This document shows positions 14,180 to 27,687 of a stretch of DNA of 64,000 bases, in pieces (position 1 is the first letter of the stretch; each line of letters begins with the position of its first letter). Below the pieces are notes generated by a model. The model had not been told where the DNA came from, made no database searches, and saw only the letters and a list, made by a program, of their open reading frames with translations. The DNA is from the human T2T-CHM13v2.0 reference genome, Homo sapiens. The position numbers and the translations under genes were made by a program. Where the stretch lies: assembly GCF_009914755.1 (NCBI RefSeq), contig NC_060926.1, one strand, 5' to 3'.

Positions 14180-14640
14180 TTTATCACAGCAAACATTTAC
14201 TGAGCTCAGGGCAGGGCAGTGGAGATGAGGCTGAATACCACCTAATTTCAAGGCTTTGCATTGGATTGTGGTAGACAAATAAGTAAAACCTAATTGCAGG
14301 CCCAGAGTTCTGTGAGGTTGGAGTATAGACGGTGAGAGAGACCTAGTTTGATGCCAGAGCTTGGGGACCCAGCTTTATTCTGCAGAGAGAGAAGAAGCCC
14401 TCTCTCGGGGAGTGTCGTGTTCCTGTGATTTAGGGAGAGGAATCTGGTGAAGTAAGGGAAGGGAGGGAGAGTGTTAGTGGCAGGAGTTGGAGCTGAAACT
14501 TTGGCAGCAATGTTGAAAAAAAGAGGCTGGGTTCTAGCACTAGCAGAGTTTTGTCAACTGAGGAGATGACTTTGAGGTGACCAGTAATGGAGGTGTGTGG
14601 TACTGGAGGAAAAATGAATGTTTAGTTCTGGGGCAGGTGA
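14180..14640 (-). mobile_element. Probable L2 fragment
   Basis: CAGCAAACATTTACTGAGC start followed by purine-rich sequence typical of antisense L2; highly diverged. Confidence 0.45.
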
Positions 14641-15159
14641 AGGGGACAAAAGATAAGAGTTGCTATGTATTGTGCATCTACACTGGGTCTGGTGCGTGAC
14701 ACACACACAATTTCATTTATTGGTTTGGAGGCTGGTGTTATTTCTAGCCTGGGTGAAATCACCTAAGGAGGGTCTTGAACCCAGGGAGAAGTTTGAGGAA
14801 GGTCCTAACTTACTCATTTGAGGGGGCTGGCTAGGCAAGCACAAAATCAATCCATAGGACCTTGGTACCAAAGATTCTTTTTTACATCTTTCATCTTTTT
14901 ATAAAGGGTAATATAGACATGCCACTTTAAATATTACCTGACAGCTGATTCTAAGAGGATATCTGTTTGTATTTAAATGTTGGTTAGTAGATATTGGAAA
15001 GGGGGAAAAAGGATTACATTCATGAATGATTTCTCTGTGTTGTCTTATAACTCCCAAAGTGAATTGAGAAAGCAGAGGTTTTTGGCCCTGAATATACCCC
15101 TTGGTACATGAAATCATATTCACTCAATTTACTTTATAAAAAGGCAAGTATGAAAGACT

Positions 15160-16865
15160 CTCACTGACCATATCTGGGAAAACTAGAGTGTCAAAATAAA
15201 TGAGAGTAACAGATTGTAAGTCATTACATGAAATAGGATTCAATGAGTCTGTGTTGATAAAAATAAATAAGCGGAGGTGAGAGAGAGGAAGCTCTTCTTT
15301 TATTGGTTGAGAATGCTGACCAATGAATGTAGGAGGAATGTAGGAACTAGAATAATCACCATTTGGCAAACATAGTGATGGTTGATTAAGGCAGGAATTG
15401 TCAATGGATGCTAAGTTTGGTGGATGCTAAGAATGGAGGCTTGAGGAACAGGATATTGGCATAGTCTCATAGTGTTTCTCTACAACGTACCTATCAATTA
15501 CGAGGAGGAAAATGTTGACTTTATATTTTTTTGGCATCTTCCTGCCAGGAATGCATGGCCTGAGTCTCGTCATGAGGAGACATCAGATGGATTCAAATTG
15601 AGGGTGACCTGAGTCATCTGAGAGAATAAAAGGTTTGGCTCACTAAAACTGTCAAGGATGAGAGGCAAGGAAAGACCGAGAAACTACTCCACACTGAAGA
15701 AGAGATTGGATAACTAAATGTAATGCATGGTCCCAAATTGGATCCTGGGCCTGGAAGGAGAAAGAGCCACTGTTGGGACGAGCTGAATGGCATTTGTGAA
15801 TTTAGATAGTAATATTCTATTAGCATTCAGTCACTGATTGAGCTAGTCAGATGATTATTATATAAGAGAGTGCCTTTGTTTTGGGAAATACATACTGGAA
15901 TATACAGGAGTGAAGGGGCATCATATCCACAATTCACTCTCAAATGATTCAGAAAGTGCTGAAGACTAAATAATCCAGTGTCTAAGTGAAAGGGAAAGAG
16001 GAGTGTGAGTTCTTTGTACTGTTCGTGCAACTTAAGTTATTTTAAAATAGAGTATTTTTAAAGGTGATGAAACTCAAGGAAGGACCAAAGAACTGTTTTG
16101 AATTGCAGGAAACTGAGAGGCATGACAAATACCATGAATGATCCTGAACTGAATCCTTTTGCTACAAAAGAAGTCAGTGGGATGGTGAAGTGGCTACATT
16201 GTCCGAGGTGTATACTCGGGGTTTTGTCATCGCACGCCAGGAAAATTTAGCACACAGACACACACGAGTTTAGGAGTGGAGGTTTAATAGGCAGAAGAGA
16301 AGAGAAAGAGAAACAGCTCTCTCTATAGAGAAAGGGGTCTCCCAGTGGAAAGGACCAGCAGGTGGTGAATGTGCCTGATTTTATAGTCAGGTTTGAGGAG
16401 GTGGTGTCTGGTTTACATAGGGCTCACAGATTGGTTCCATCAGGTATGACATTTACATAGTGCATAGGGAAGGCTGGTTGCCCCACCCTAATCTTATTAT
16501 GCAAATAGCCTTTCCAGTTGATCTGAACCATCTTGTCTGCTTCTTACTGTACAGGTGGCTGACAAAGAGAAGGGAAGATGGAGCCGCCATCTTGAACATG
16601 ATTGGCACAACTGCTGGCATCTATGTCTGCAGCTCAATTTTACAAGCTACCCATTGTTAGAAAGGAAAATAATTTGGGGCTGGTTTTCATGAAAAGGAAA
16701 ACCTTATGGAGGACTTCCGTGTCCTCACTATCTGCCCAAGTAATTTCTTCCTAACTTTTGTGTCAGTGGTTGGCAGGTTCAATAGGGTTTTTGAGTGAAG
16801 ATATGGACGTTCTTTGTACTGTTCTGAGAGTTTACCTGTAAGTTTGAAATTGTTTTAAAATAAAT
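15160..16865 (+). mobile_element. L1MC/L1ME 3' UTR relic interrupted by an LTR
   Basis: GAACTAGAATAATCACCATTTGGCAAACAT...AATGGATGCTAAG; resumes after the LTR with TTCTTTGTACTGTTCT...CTGTAAGTTTGAAATT...AAAATAAA. Confidence 0.7.
16186..16765 (-). mobile_element. LTR9-family (ERV1/HUERS-P3 type) solo LTR
   Basis: TG...CA termini, CTATGTCTGCAGCTCAATTTTACA and CTCACTATCTGCCCAAGTAATTTCTT; 4-bp TSD ATGG/GTGG. Confidence 0.8.
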
Positions 16866-17400
16866 TTTTTAAGGTTTCAAGAACTTTCCCTCAAGTCCAA
16901 AAAAGTTTTAATTTCCTTTTTCTTTGACCAGAATAGGATAGAATTTGTTTCTGCTATAAAAGGCTAACCAGACTGTGCTTTTGAAAAGGAGGTTGGAAGG
17001 TGTTAAAGATTTTATTTTACAAGTAGGAAATGCCTACATGGTCCATCTGTAGACAAGTCAGCCTCTTGACTCTTTGTCCTCAGATGTAAATTCAGGATAA
17101 CAGTTTCTGCCTGGCCTCTCTTGTTGGGTGAGTCCTTCTTAGGGCAAACAGATAAATCTGTAAGCATTATTAAAAAAAAAAAAATTAAAAAAAAAAAGAG
17201 AGAGAGAGAATGCTATAGCAAGGTAAGCTATTCTTGACAAAATGCTCTTCATTCTATTAATAGAGGTATTCTGGGTTGGTAATGGAAATGGCTTTCCCCT
17301 TGTTTGCTTCTCAAACATCTCCTTACCATCTTTTCCATGATTCTCTTTCAACTTCTTCCTCTTTTACTGACTTTTTTCTCTCCCCGTCTTTTATCCCCCT

Positions 17401-17705
<305 letters not shown>

Positions 17706-17969
17706 TATCCCTGCTCCTTTTTATTAGACCTGAATTTTTACCTCTTGTACATAATTCTTTGCTTTTTTTTTATTCTCTCCACTCCTGACTCTTCTGTCTT
17801 TGACAGTTTTGTTTCCCTACTTACCTGCTTTGACTCGATTCCCTTTTTGTTGTAGCCTGAAGGATTCTAGATGTAATCCTACTTGTCCAATTTGCCTTTA
17901 TTCAAGAGCAAGACCAACATAAAATAGACTGTTAGTGATAGACTGTAAAAAAATGGAGTTTTATTAAAG

Positions 17970-18205
17970 ATACCATTTAATGAATGCTTACTGTGGGCCA
18001 AGAATTGGGTTGCTTGCATCATCTATATTCAGATTTAAACCACACAACAACATTTTGGAGTAGGTATTTCTATCCCCATTTTACAAAATAGGAAATGGAA
18101 GCACAGAAGCAGTACAGCTTACTGAAAATAAAAAATAGTAGGTGGCAAAGCCAAGTTTCCAGATCCCAAGGTGAATTTCAAAACCTGTGGTGCTTTAATC
18201 CTACT
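17970..18205 (-). mobile_element. MIR
   Basis: ATGCTTACTGTGGGCCAAG...TATCCCCATTTTACAAAATAGGAAATGGAAGCACAG. Confidence 0.75.
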
Positions 18206-19048
18206 ATCTGGCCTAAGGGTATTAGTTCCATAACAATTGGGTTTGGAGATAGCACCCTAGGGGCCAAGGGTGTCATTTACATGAGAATCAATGAGGAGCC
18301 AGAGAAAGTGAGTTTTGTAGCAGTTATTAGGCTAGGGTGTTGGGGAGGGAAACTGAAATATGTGTCAGCCTCCGAATGGCTGATTCTTGGCAAGTAATTA
18401 TTTATAATCAGTGCATGTTGCTGCTGAAAGCCATCCCATCGGACCCCTTTCCAGCAATATTCTACTTTTGGAGTGTAACAGCAACTAATTACGTGCTGTT
18501 AAATCCAAGACCCATTTTATATTCAGAGGTTCCAGTGGTAGACCTCACATGTCAGGAGCAATTAGTGACACTGTGGCATGTCATCTTCAATGTGCTGAAC
18601 TGTGGACAATAAATCCTAGCAGGCTGGATAGGTTAAAATAACCACATTCACCATCATCCTCACTGCCTTCCGAGCAATGCTATTTCAAGGCAACAGGTTC
18701 AGGATGTCCTCCTAAGTGGTGGTCTGGGGATTTCAGAAACATAAAAATATGATTAATACTGAAAGTTTTAAGATTTCGAGTGCTTAGGAAATAGGCTGGA
18801 GATATCGACAGAGGATAATGTCATGCTGTAGGTCTAAAAGCTGACCATGGAGGTGTCTGTTCCCCCATAGCTCAAATGTAATAACTACTATGTGCTGATA
18901 GAACCTGAGGCATACACATAACAAATGCTAGAATGTGGAAACTGGTTTGGCTGAGGCTTTAGACATCGAGTTCCATTTTGCTGATTGACTACCTTGGATT
19001 AATGGGAAGTATATCCTCCACCCCCACCCCTGCCTTTTTTTAAGTTAA

Positions 19049-19393
<345 letters not shown>

Positions 19394-21140
19394 TAGTGTT
19401 CTTATTGGAATTTGAAATCTTTGTTTATAAAATATATCTCATAGTACACATCCTTATTCAATTTCGTAGGGAAAAATGCAGAAGCTGAAATGTATTTTTC
19501 TGTTGAAAGTAAAATGTGATGTTGCAGCAGCAGCAGCAGATGAGTTGTCTATGCAGCCATACTCTGTCACTTATGGTTCTACCTCTGTTGCTGACATCAG
19601 GTTGATCTCCTAAAGGGGGATATTCTCGTCGATCTTGGATGTTTAGGATGTTGCTGAGATGCTGCATGGAAATATGCAGTAACAGGACATGGCTGGAGTG
19701 TGGCTGAGCAGTGAAAGCATCTGAAAAAAATCGCCCTCTTGGGAGACCCAGGCTGTGTCCATTAAGCCAGGATCTGCCCAGAGTGCCGTCTTTATGGTGG
19801 GTTTAGCTCAGAGGTAATTGACTCTTCAGCCCATTGAGGCAGCTCAGGGCTCTCTGAGGTAAAGAGGCTCTTTGTTTCCCCCTCCATTCTGGGGCTTGGC
19901 TATTTCAACTAGACTATTCATATCAAATGTAAATTCCAGCCACCAAAAACAGTCTGTGGAAATCTTGATTGTGTGCAGTTTAGAGATGGCCAGAGAAAGA
20001 ATAAGAAAAGAAGATAAATAAATATAAATTGAATAAAAATAAAGAATTTGAGAGAAGTTGTTTAAATTTGGGTGACCACAGGGTATTGTCAGCTATTTTA
20101 GTGTAGGGTAGAAACATCACTGGGAAACACCTAATAAGCAGGTAGTACTACTTGAAAGAATGCATTGTAAAGATAATATACAGCTCTTTAATACGTGACT
20201 GGGTCATTATTGAGCGAAACTGAAGGAAATACTCTGAAAGAGTAGATGAAGCTATGAGCATGGTTTATTGGAAATGTATGTTAAGTTCTAAGATAATTAT
20301 TTGATCAGAAATCTTTGTCGATTATGTACGTGTCACACATTTTTCACTGGCCTTTTCAAGTAGTAAACTTCTAAATATTCCTACAGTGATTTAGCTGATC
20401 ATCAGTAAGCACCGTCTATCAGCCAAGTACAGTCTATTCTTACAGAGATGAGGATTGACTTTGCAAAGATGTGGCTTTGGTCAGTGAGTGATACTCACAG
20501 GATAATTGACTCAGTCAACCAACCATGTTTTGGGGAGTAGGGAGGAGGGCTGGTTTCACAATCAATACATGAAGTAGCATGTTTTAGATACTGTTACCTG
20601 GCAGGCAGGTATAAATCAATGGCTTCACTTTCCTGAGTTCAGATCTGTACTGTGAAGTGACCTGTCACAGGCATAGCCTTTATATTGTTCCCACTGGAGT
20701 AAATCACCAAGGAGTGCTGTGTTTGAAAGTGTGCACACTTTCGCATCCCATGTCCTCTGCCACACTACCAACTTTTCTCTCTCTTTTTCTATGTTATGCA
20801 TTGGGAATGGAGAGGAATGAAGGAAGTCATCAACTAAAGAGTCACCTTTATGGAGACTGTAAGCATTGATGGTTTGCAGCACGTTCTCTTCCAGCCCCAG
20901 GAAGTTCTGCTTCTGTAGTTGTCACGGAGCAACCCCAGGCTGCAGCCTTTCCTGCCACCAGCCTGGTTTACAGGAATTGATGCTGGTGATGTAATTTTAA
21001 TCCTTGGTTCATTCATCTACCTAAAATCCATAGATGTCCATAAACCTTCTATATTCTAATTTGTAGAGACTCAGATATTACAGAGAGATTTCATAATCTT
21101 GGCCCAAAACAAAGGTTTGCTGATAAAATAATACAGAATC

Positions 21141-21438
21141 GGCTGGGCGCGGTGGCTCACACCTGTAATCCCAGCACTTTGGGAGGCCCAGGCGGGCGGA
21201 TCACGAGGTCAGGAGATCGAGACCATCCTGCTAACACGGTGAAACCCCGTCTCTACTAAAAATACAAAAAATTAGCTGGGTGAGGTGGTGCATGCCTGTA
21301 GTCCCAGCTACTTGGGAGGCTGAGGCAGGAGAATGGCGTGAACCCAGGAGGCGGAGCTTGCAGTGAGCAGAGATCTATCTCGCCATTGCACTCCAGCCTG
21401 GGTGACAGAGCAAGACTCGTCTCAAAAATAAATAAATA
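21141..21438 (+). mobile_element. AluY
   Basis: GAGATCGAGACCATCCTG, GAATGGCGTGAACCC, GGAGCTTGCAG; TSD AATAA(T/A)ACAGAATC at 21127-21140 and 21439-21452. Confidence 0.93.
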
Positions 21439-21499
21439 AATAAAACAGAATCTTGGTATGCATAAAAATTAATTGTAAGTCCTTTTAACATTTGAAAAG

Positions 21500-22300
21500 T
21501 AAATGTTGTTATAAGAAGTAATATTTGTACAGGGCAGAGAGAAATAAGATAGACCCTCTGCCAAGAAATAAAAATCTCCTATAAATGATCCCACTATCCA
21601 GAAATAGATAATATTTGGTGTTAAATACTCATATTTTCTTCTCTAGTATTTATATTCCTGTAAATCATTTATTATATTTATTTTTCATAAAAATAGTCAT
21701 GCACACATGCTGCTTTATAAACCTCTCCCTTCCCCAGTGTTTCCAAGTTGGTAGCTCTATATTTATTATTGTTTATAATGGCTGCAGAGATTTGGTGGAC
21801 ACATACGTTGTGTCCTATTTTTTTGTTGTTGCCATAAGCAACACTGTGATGAACATCTTTGTACACAGGAGTATGTACTTGCTTGATTTTATGCTTAAAA
21901 TAGCTTCTTAAAGATGTTGAAGCCTTGTAAGACTTGTTACTAGTTCACTCTAAAAGTTTACTCTGATTCTCTATCAACCTGTTATGTGAAAAGTGATTTT
22001 ACATTGTCTTAAATCGCATCTCTATTATTCAGATAGAGCATTTTTCTGTATTGTGTTGGCCATTTGAATTTTGTGGTTACATTCCCTCCTTTGTGTTTTT
22101 CCCATTTTTCTTTAAAGATATTCCTGTTTTGGCTTATTGTTTTGTGAGAGCATAATGTATTAGAGACATGGATTTCTTGTCTGCCTTGTTGTAGATATTT
22201 TCCCCCACTGGATTCAAATCTTGATTGAGATTTTGTCAAATGTATTGTTAGTTAAGTGGGTATATGTATATCTTTCGATATTGGCTCTTGTTTATTAAAT
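21500..22300 (-). mobile_element. Old L1ME 3' fragment
   Basis: CTGTGATGAACATCTTTGTACA and GAGCATTTTT...TTGGCCATTTG antisense L1 motifs. Confidence 0.6.
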
Positions 22301-23430
22301 ACGTTTTACAATTAAGGAAATTGTAAAAAGTAAAAGGATATGGAGTGACGTTTCCCAGGCCCTTCAGTTTATTCTTTGCCTTGGGGTAGAACTGTTTTTA
22401 AATCCTTTGAGAAAACTGAGTATTTAGTATTTACACTGACTAAGTGATTGGATTCCATTTGGTTGGGTTTTAAAGTGTTCTTTTTAATGATTTTAGCACA
22501 CTCACCTATTGTTACTCATTCTCAAATCTGGTATCTTTGGCTCTTTGAAACAGCTTTGAGTGGGTCCTTATGGCCTTGGGAGTCTGACAATTTTATGATT
22601 ATTTCAAATGTTATTGAACTCATTTTGATGGATGTTTTCTGAGCCTTTGGCTGATTGCACAGAGACTTTGCCTTTAACTGTCACAGGGTTGGCTAGTGTG
22701 ACCTTCACATCAGGCTGCGGAAAACACACTTGCCAGTCATCTTAGGACAATTTGGATTGGTTGCCTGGGCAACCTTACTGGCTTCTAATCAAATGCCCCA
22801 AGGATAGCCCAATTCCCAAGGGGAACGCCGCATCTGAAGGGAGGAACTCTGTCCTTGGAGTAGCAGTGATTTTAGGACACTTGGTTAATATTGGGGGGAA
22901 GTGAGGGGATGCCATGATCTCACAATGAACCCGGGAAGGGAGACAATAAAGGAAAGGGGGATCAAGAGAGAAGGGATGTAAGAGAGGCTGGAAGGGAAGA
23001 GAAGGTTGCATTGAAGCAAATGGTAGACACTAAATAGTGAATAAGAGCAAATGATTTGTGAATAAGAAAACTGTCTATTGCAGAGTGAGCAGAAGTACAC
23101 CAAGAATGCAGATTGAAAAGTTATGTTTAGAAAAAAAAATCCATGGCCAATAAATGACTATCTAGAGAGGGAAAAAGAACTTTGGAGACTTCTGAAAATG
23201 CAATGAAAATATTTTTTCACTGAAACAGCCTTGCATGTGAATGTCTTTGATTGACTCCTTTTTAAGGAAATAACATTGTCTTCTTCCTATACTCTCCATT
23301 GCAGCCTGAGTAAATCCTGTGTCCAGAATCAGAATGACACCATTCAGAATTATAGGACGCATTTTTATTTGTTTCTTTCATGAATCAGAACTGTTATAGA
23401 TTAGAAACTAGTGTAGTTAAAGTCAGTTCT

Positions 23431-23721
23431 GGCCACGTGTGGTGGCTTAACCCTGTAATCCCAGCACTTTGGCAGGCTGAACTGGGAGGATTGCTTGAGT
23501 CCAGGAGTTCAAGACCAGCCTGGACAATATAATGAGACCCCATCTCTACAAGGAATTAAAAAGTTAGCTGAATGTGGTAGCATGCACCTGTAGTCCCAGC
23601 TACTCAGGGGGCTGAGGCAGGAGGATCGCTCAAGCCCGGATGGCAGAGATTGCAGTGAGCTGAGATTGTACCACTGCACTCCAGCTTGAGCAACAGAGCA
23701 AGACCCTGTCTGAAAAATAAA
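23431..23721 (+). mobile_element. AluJ
   Basis: GGAGGATTGCTTGAGTCCAGG...GCAAGACCCTGTCT. Confidence 0.92.
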
Positions 23722-23725
23722 TAGT

Positions 23726-23767
23726 TCTCTCTCTGTGTCTCTGTCTCTCTCTTTATCTCTCTCTGCT

Positions 23768-23806
<39 letters not shown>

Positions 23807-23824
23807 GAGTGTGTGTGTGTGTGT
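23726..23824. repeat. Compound (TC)n(TG)n microsatellite
   Basis: Directly visible. Confidence 0.9.
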
Positions 23825-24346
23825 TTAACAAAACACATCTAAAGAATCTATAGATATGCCAGGACGGCTATTATGACAGGTGGCAGTGTTTTAGTTGCTC
23901 TAATAAGCTGAATGAATGCAGATGCTAATAGGCAGAAAGGCATTGTGTAGCCCTGGGATGAAAGCCTCTCTAGAGAGCAGTAAGCTGACCACAGAACCCT
24001 TGGTCAGGTGCCCATTACTTTAAAAAAAAAAAAAGGAAAGAAAAGAAAAGAAAAGAAAAAAGGCTGTGACTCACTGCTGAAATACTCAGAACTGTTCTGA
24101 AGACCCCCTCTTTCTGCAGATCTCAGACTGAGTATAAGAGAGATGCAAATTTTACAGTAGTTGAAATTGGCACATCCAGCACTTTGTAAAGTATGCTATC
24201 CAAGGTAGTCACTCCATAAATATTGGACAGTGAAGGTAGTGTCTGGATTTCAGACCCTTGAGTTTGTTCAGATGTTCTCTAGTGATGGGATTCTGTAGTT
24301 ACAGAAAACCGTGGTGTCAGTCAGAGCCCTGGGAGGTAGGGGCTGG

Positions 24347-24706
24347 TGCATTAGTTTGTTTCCATGCTGCTGATAAAGACATACCCGAGACTGGGCAATT
24401 TACAAAAGAAAGAGGTTTATTGGACTTTCAGTTTCACATGAGTGGAGAGGCCTCACAATCATGGCAGAAGGCAAGGAGGAGCAAGTCACAATCTTACACA
24501 GCAGGCAAAGAAAGAGCTTGTTCAGAGAAACTCCCGTTTTTAAAACCATCAGATGTCATGAGACCCATTCAGTATCATGATAACAGCACAGGAAAGACCC
24601 ACCTTCATGATTCAGTCATCTCCCACTGGGTCCCTCCCACAACACATGGGAATTATGGGAGCTACAAGATGAAATTTGGGTGAGAACACAGAGCCAAACC
24701 ATATCA
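24347..24706 (-). mobile_element. THE1A-like MaLR solo LTR
   Basis: GCTGATAAAGACATACCCGAGACTGGG...GAGCTACAAGATG...AGAGCCAAACCATATCA; 5-bp TSD GCTGG/GATGG. Confidence 0.9.
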
Positions 24707-25043
24707 GATGGTGTATCCTGAAGATTTACCTGAAGAATATTTAATGACAGAATGACTTAAAGTGGTGAGGGCAGAGTCCAGGGAACCCCCAAAGGAAGGC
24801 AAAGCAGCCCGGAGCTAGTAACAGAAGGAACCAATACCTTTTCTGGGCCATAAGCAGCAAGGGAGGAAGCTGTGTTCCTAGGGCCCACTGAGAGCTCTAG
24901 TCATGGAGGAGGAAGTGTGGATGCAGTGACAGCCTGGGTAGGGGTGGGCAAGGAGATGGGTTGGGCATAGATACTTCGTTTCTTCTGGCTCTCACTTTCT
25001 TGCTGGTGGCTCCTGTGAGCCAAAGCCCTCTGGAAGCCAGCGA

Positions 25044-25163
25044 GCAAGGGATGCTGGGTGGTGCAGTCACCTTCCATGCTGGTAGCACAGTGGGCAAAGG
25101 ATGCTGGGTGGTGCAGTCACCTTCCATGCTGGTGGTGCAGTGGGCAAGGGATGCTGGGTGGTG
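25044..25163. repeat. 50-bp tandem repeat, about 2.4 copies
   Basis: GCAAGGGATGCTGGGTGGTGCAGTCACCTTCCATGCTGGTAGCACAGTGG units at 25044, 25094 and 25144 (partial). Confidence 0.92.
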
Positions 25164-25379
25164 TAGGTCAGCTTCCTGGAGCCCAGAGAAGGGCAGAGAA
25201 GGCTAGACAATGGGTCTGGGGTGGGAAGAGGCAAATGAATAAGAACCTTCACAGTGTGCACATATCCCTGTTCTATAAGGATCTCCTTGCCCTTTGGAAG
25301 CATAAGCATTTGGAAAAGAAGTTATTTATGAAATAATCCTTTTTATAGGAGCTGGAGACATGCTCACATGTGTTTAGAA

Positions 25380-26700
25380 CTTTGGTGTATGTCGGATTTG
25401 TAGGAAAAGGAGGGACTATTCAGTATATGGAACAGAGAAGAAATGGTTATCTTTAACGGATTCCTGCTTCATACTATATACAAAAAAGTCAACTTCAGAA
25501 GGTTCTAGGTCTTAAATGTTAGAAGGAAAATGTTAAGACTTTTAGACTTGGATAGAAACAGATTTCCTTAGTTTTCTTTAAGACTTTTAGTCTTCAGAGA
25601 AAGAGAAGATTTCTTAAGGCACAAAAAGCATTTAATGTAAAAGAAAATATTGACACATTTGACTCCATTAAAATTAAGAATATTGTTAATCTAAAGAGGC
25701 CTTATTGAAATTGTATGTTGTGTGAGATTTGCTTCAATACAATTTCTGGGAATGAAGGTTGAATAGCTGGAGATATAAATGAAACAAAATTGATCATTTT
25801 TGAAACTGGGTGATGGCTACACACAAAAGATGAAAGGATAGTAGAATATATTAAGAATATATTAAGAAGTCCAATAACTCAGGATGAAAAGTGTGAACAA
25901 CCCACTAGAAAAATGGACAAAGGATATGCATGGGTATTTTACAGTTACAAAAAAGGAAATACATATGGCTAAGTTTTATCAGAAATGTTTAACATTATTT
26001 GTAATTTGGAGGGAAATGCAAGTCACTGCCATAAAGATGCCATTTTATAACCATTCAATTGGCAAGAATAGAAAAGTCTGTTAATATCTAGAGCTAGGGC
26101 AAATATGGATCCACAGGATCTCATATCCTGCTAGTAAATTGTTGTAACAACCACAGAAAATAGTTCTGGCATTATGTCATAGAATTGACCAGTCACATTT
26201 CCTGCAACTCAGCATTTTACTCTTTCAGGTTTACATATAAAATAAATTCTGGCACATGTGCATCAAGAAATACGTCCAGAAATGTTGATATTTGCCCTGT
26301 ACATATAAAAAACTTGGGAAAACTCAAAGGTCTACGGACAAAAGAGTGGTTGGATAAACTGTGGTATAGTCATCCAATGGAATACATGCCAAAATCCAAA
26401 TGAAGTATAACGAAATAACGGCAACATAGATGAATTTTAGCAATGCAATATTAAATGGAAAAATTCTAAAGATACTACATTTAGTGCCCTTTTCTATAAG
26501 TTTAAGAGCAACTAAAATTATAACCATAGTTTTTAGGAATAGATATAAACAAGATGATAGTATATTAAAAAGGAAAGCAGTAGAATGTTGAGTATGGGGT
26601 TCAAGATGGTTGTTACCTCAGTAGGGGGAGGCAGGAAGATGAGATGGGAGGACCATTTGGGTAGATAAGTTATTATCAACGTTTAATTTTTGTGTTTTCT
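25380..26700 (+). mobile_element. L1ME ORF2 3' end / 3' UTR relic
   Basis: GAAAAATGGACAAAGGATATG, GGGAAATGCAAG, GGATAAACTGTGGTATAGTCATCCAATGGAATAC. Confidence 0.8.
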
Positions 26701-27033
26701 CTATGAAGCATGTGTGAATGAGGGCAGCCTTCATGACCCACATGTGAATGTGTCTTATATCAAATATTATGTTTAATTTAATTATGTGCAATTGAGGTAG
26801 AATAAAAGAAGAAAAAAAAGACTAGGACAAGTGGAAAAGAAAGAGTAGCACAGTACATTTACAGCAGTTGGAAATTATACATTTTGCATAAGAGGTAATC
26901 AGGATATAGACTAAGCAGCACTTACAAAGATATTCCAAACAAAACTAATGTGCAAACAAAATAGAAGGTATCTCTTCCACTTTCTCTCATTCATTTAATA
27001 GTTTAGTTATCATCCAATAAAAATTTAAGACAC

Positions 27034-27355
<322 letters not shown>

Positions 27356-27687
27356 TTAAATTTCCTAATAGCCAAGTTAAAAAGGACAAAGAAACAAGTG
27401 AAATTAGTTTTAACAGTTTATTTACCCCAATATAACCCAAATATTATGCTAACATATAATGATATAAAAATTATTAGTGAAATAGTCTACCTTCTTTTTT
27501 TCATATTGTCTTCAAAGTCTGATGTGTATTTTACATTTACAGCACATCTGAACTTGGATGCTAAATTTTCATCAGAAATACTTGATCTATATTTAGATTT
27601 CATAAAATTTATAGTTGAAAAAGTAGATTCACAAACCCAGGATGTTCTAAATATATTTAGTTTACCATTAACTGAACTGAATATTGA

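Larger units (their letters stand above)
24315..25252 (-). mobile_element. LTR33-like ERVL LTR containing a THE1A insertion
   Basis: GAGCTAGTAACAG...GCAAGGGAGGAAGC and TGGAAGCCAGCGAGCAAGGG...GGTCAGCTTCC resemble LTR33. Confidence 0.6.

Noticed and set aside
25044-25163. CRISPR-like repeat-spacer array (also 50950-51044)
   Set aside because: Head-to-tail tandem units without unique spacers, in eukaryotic DNA with no cas genes.
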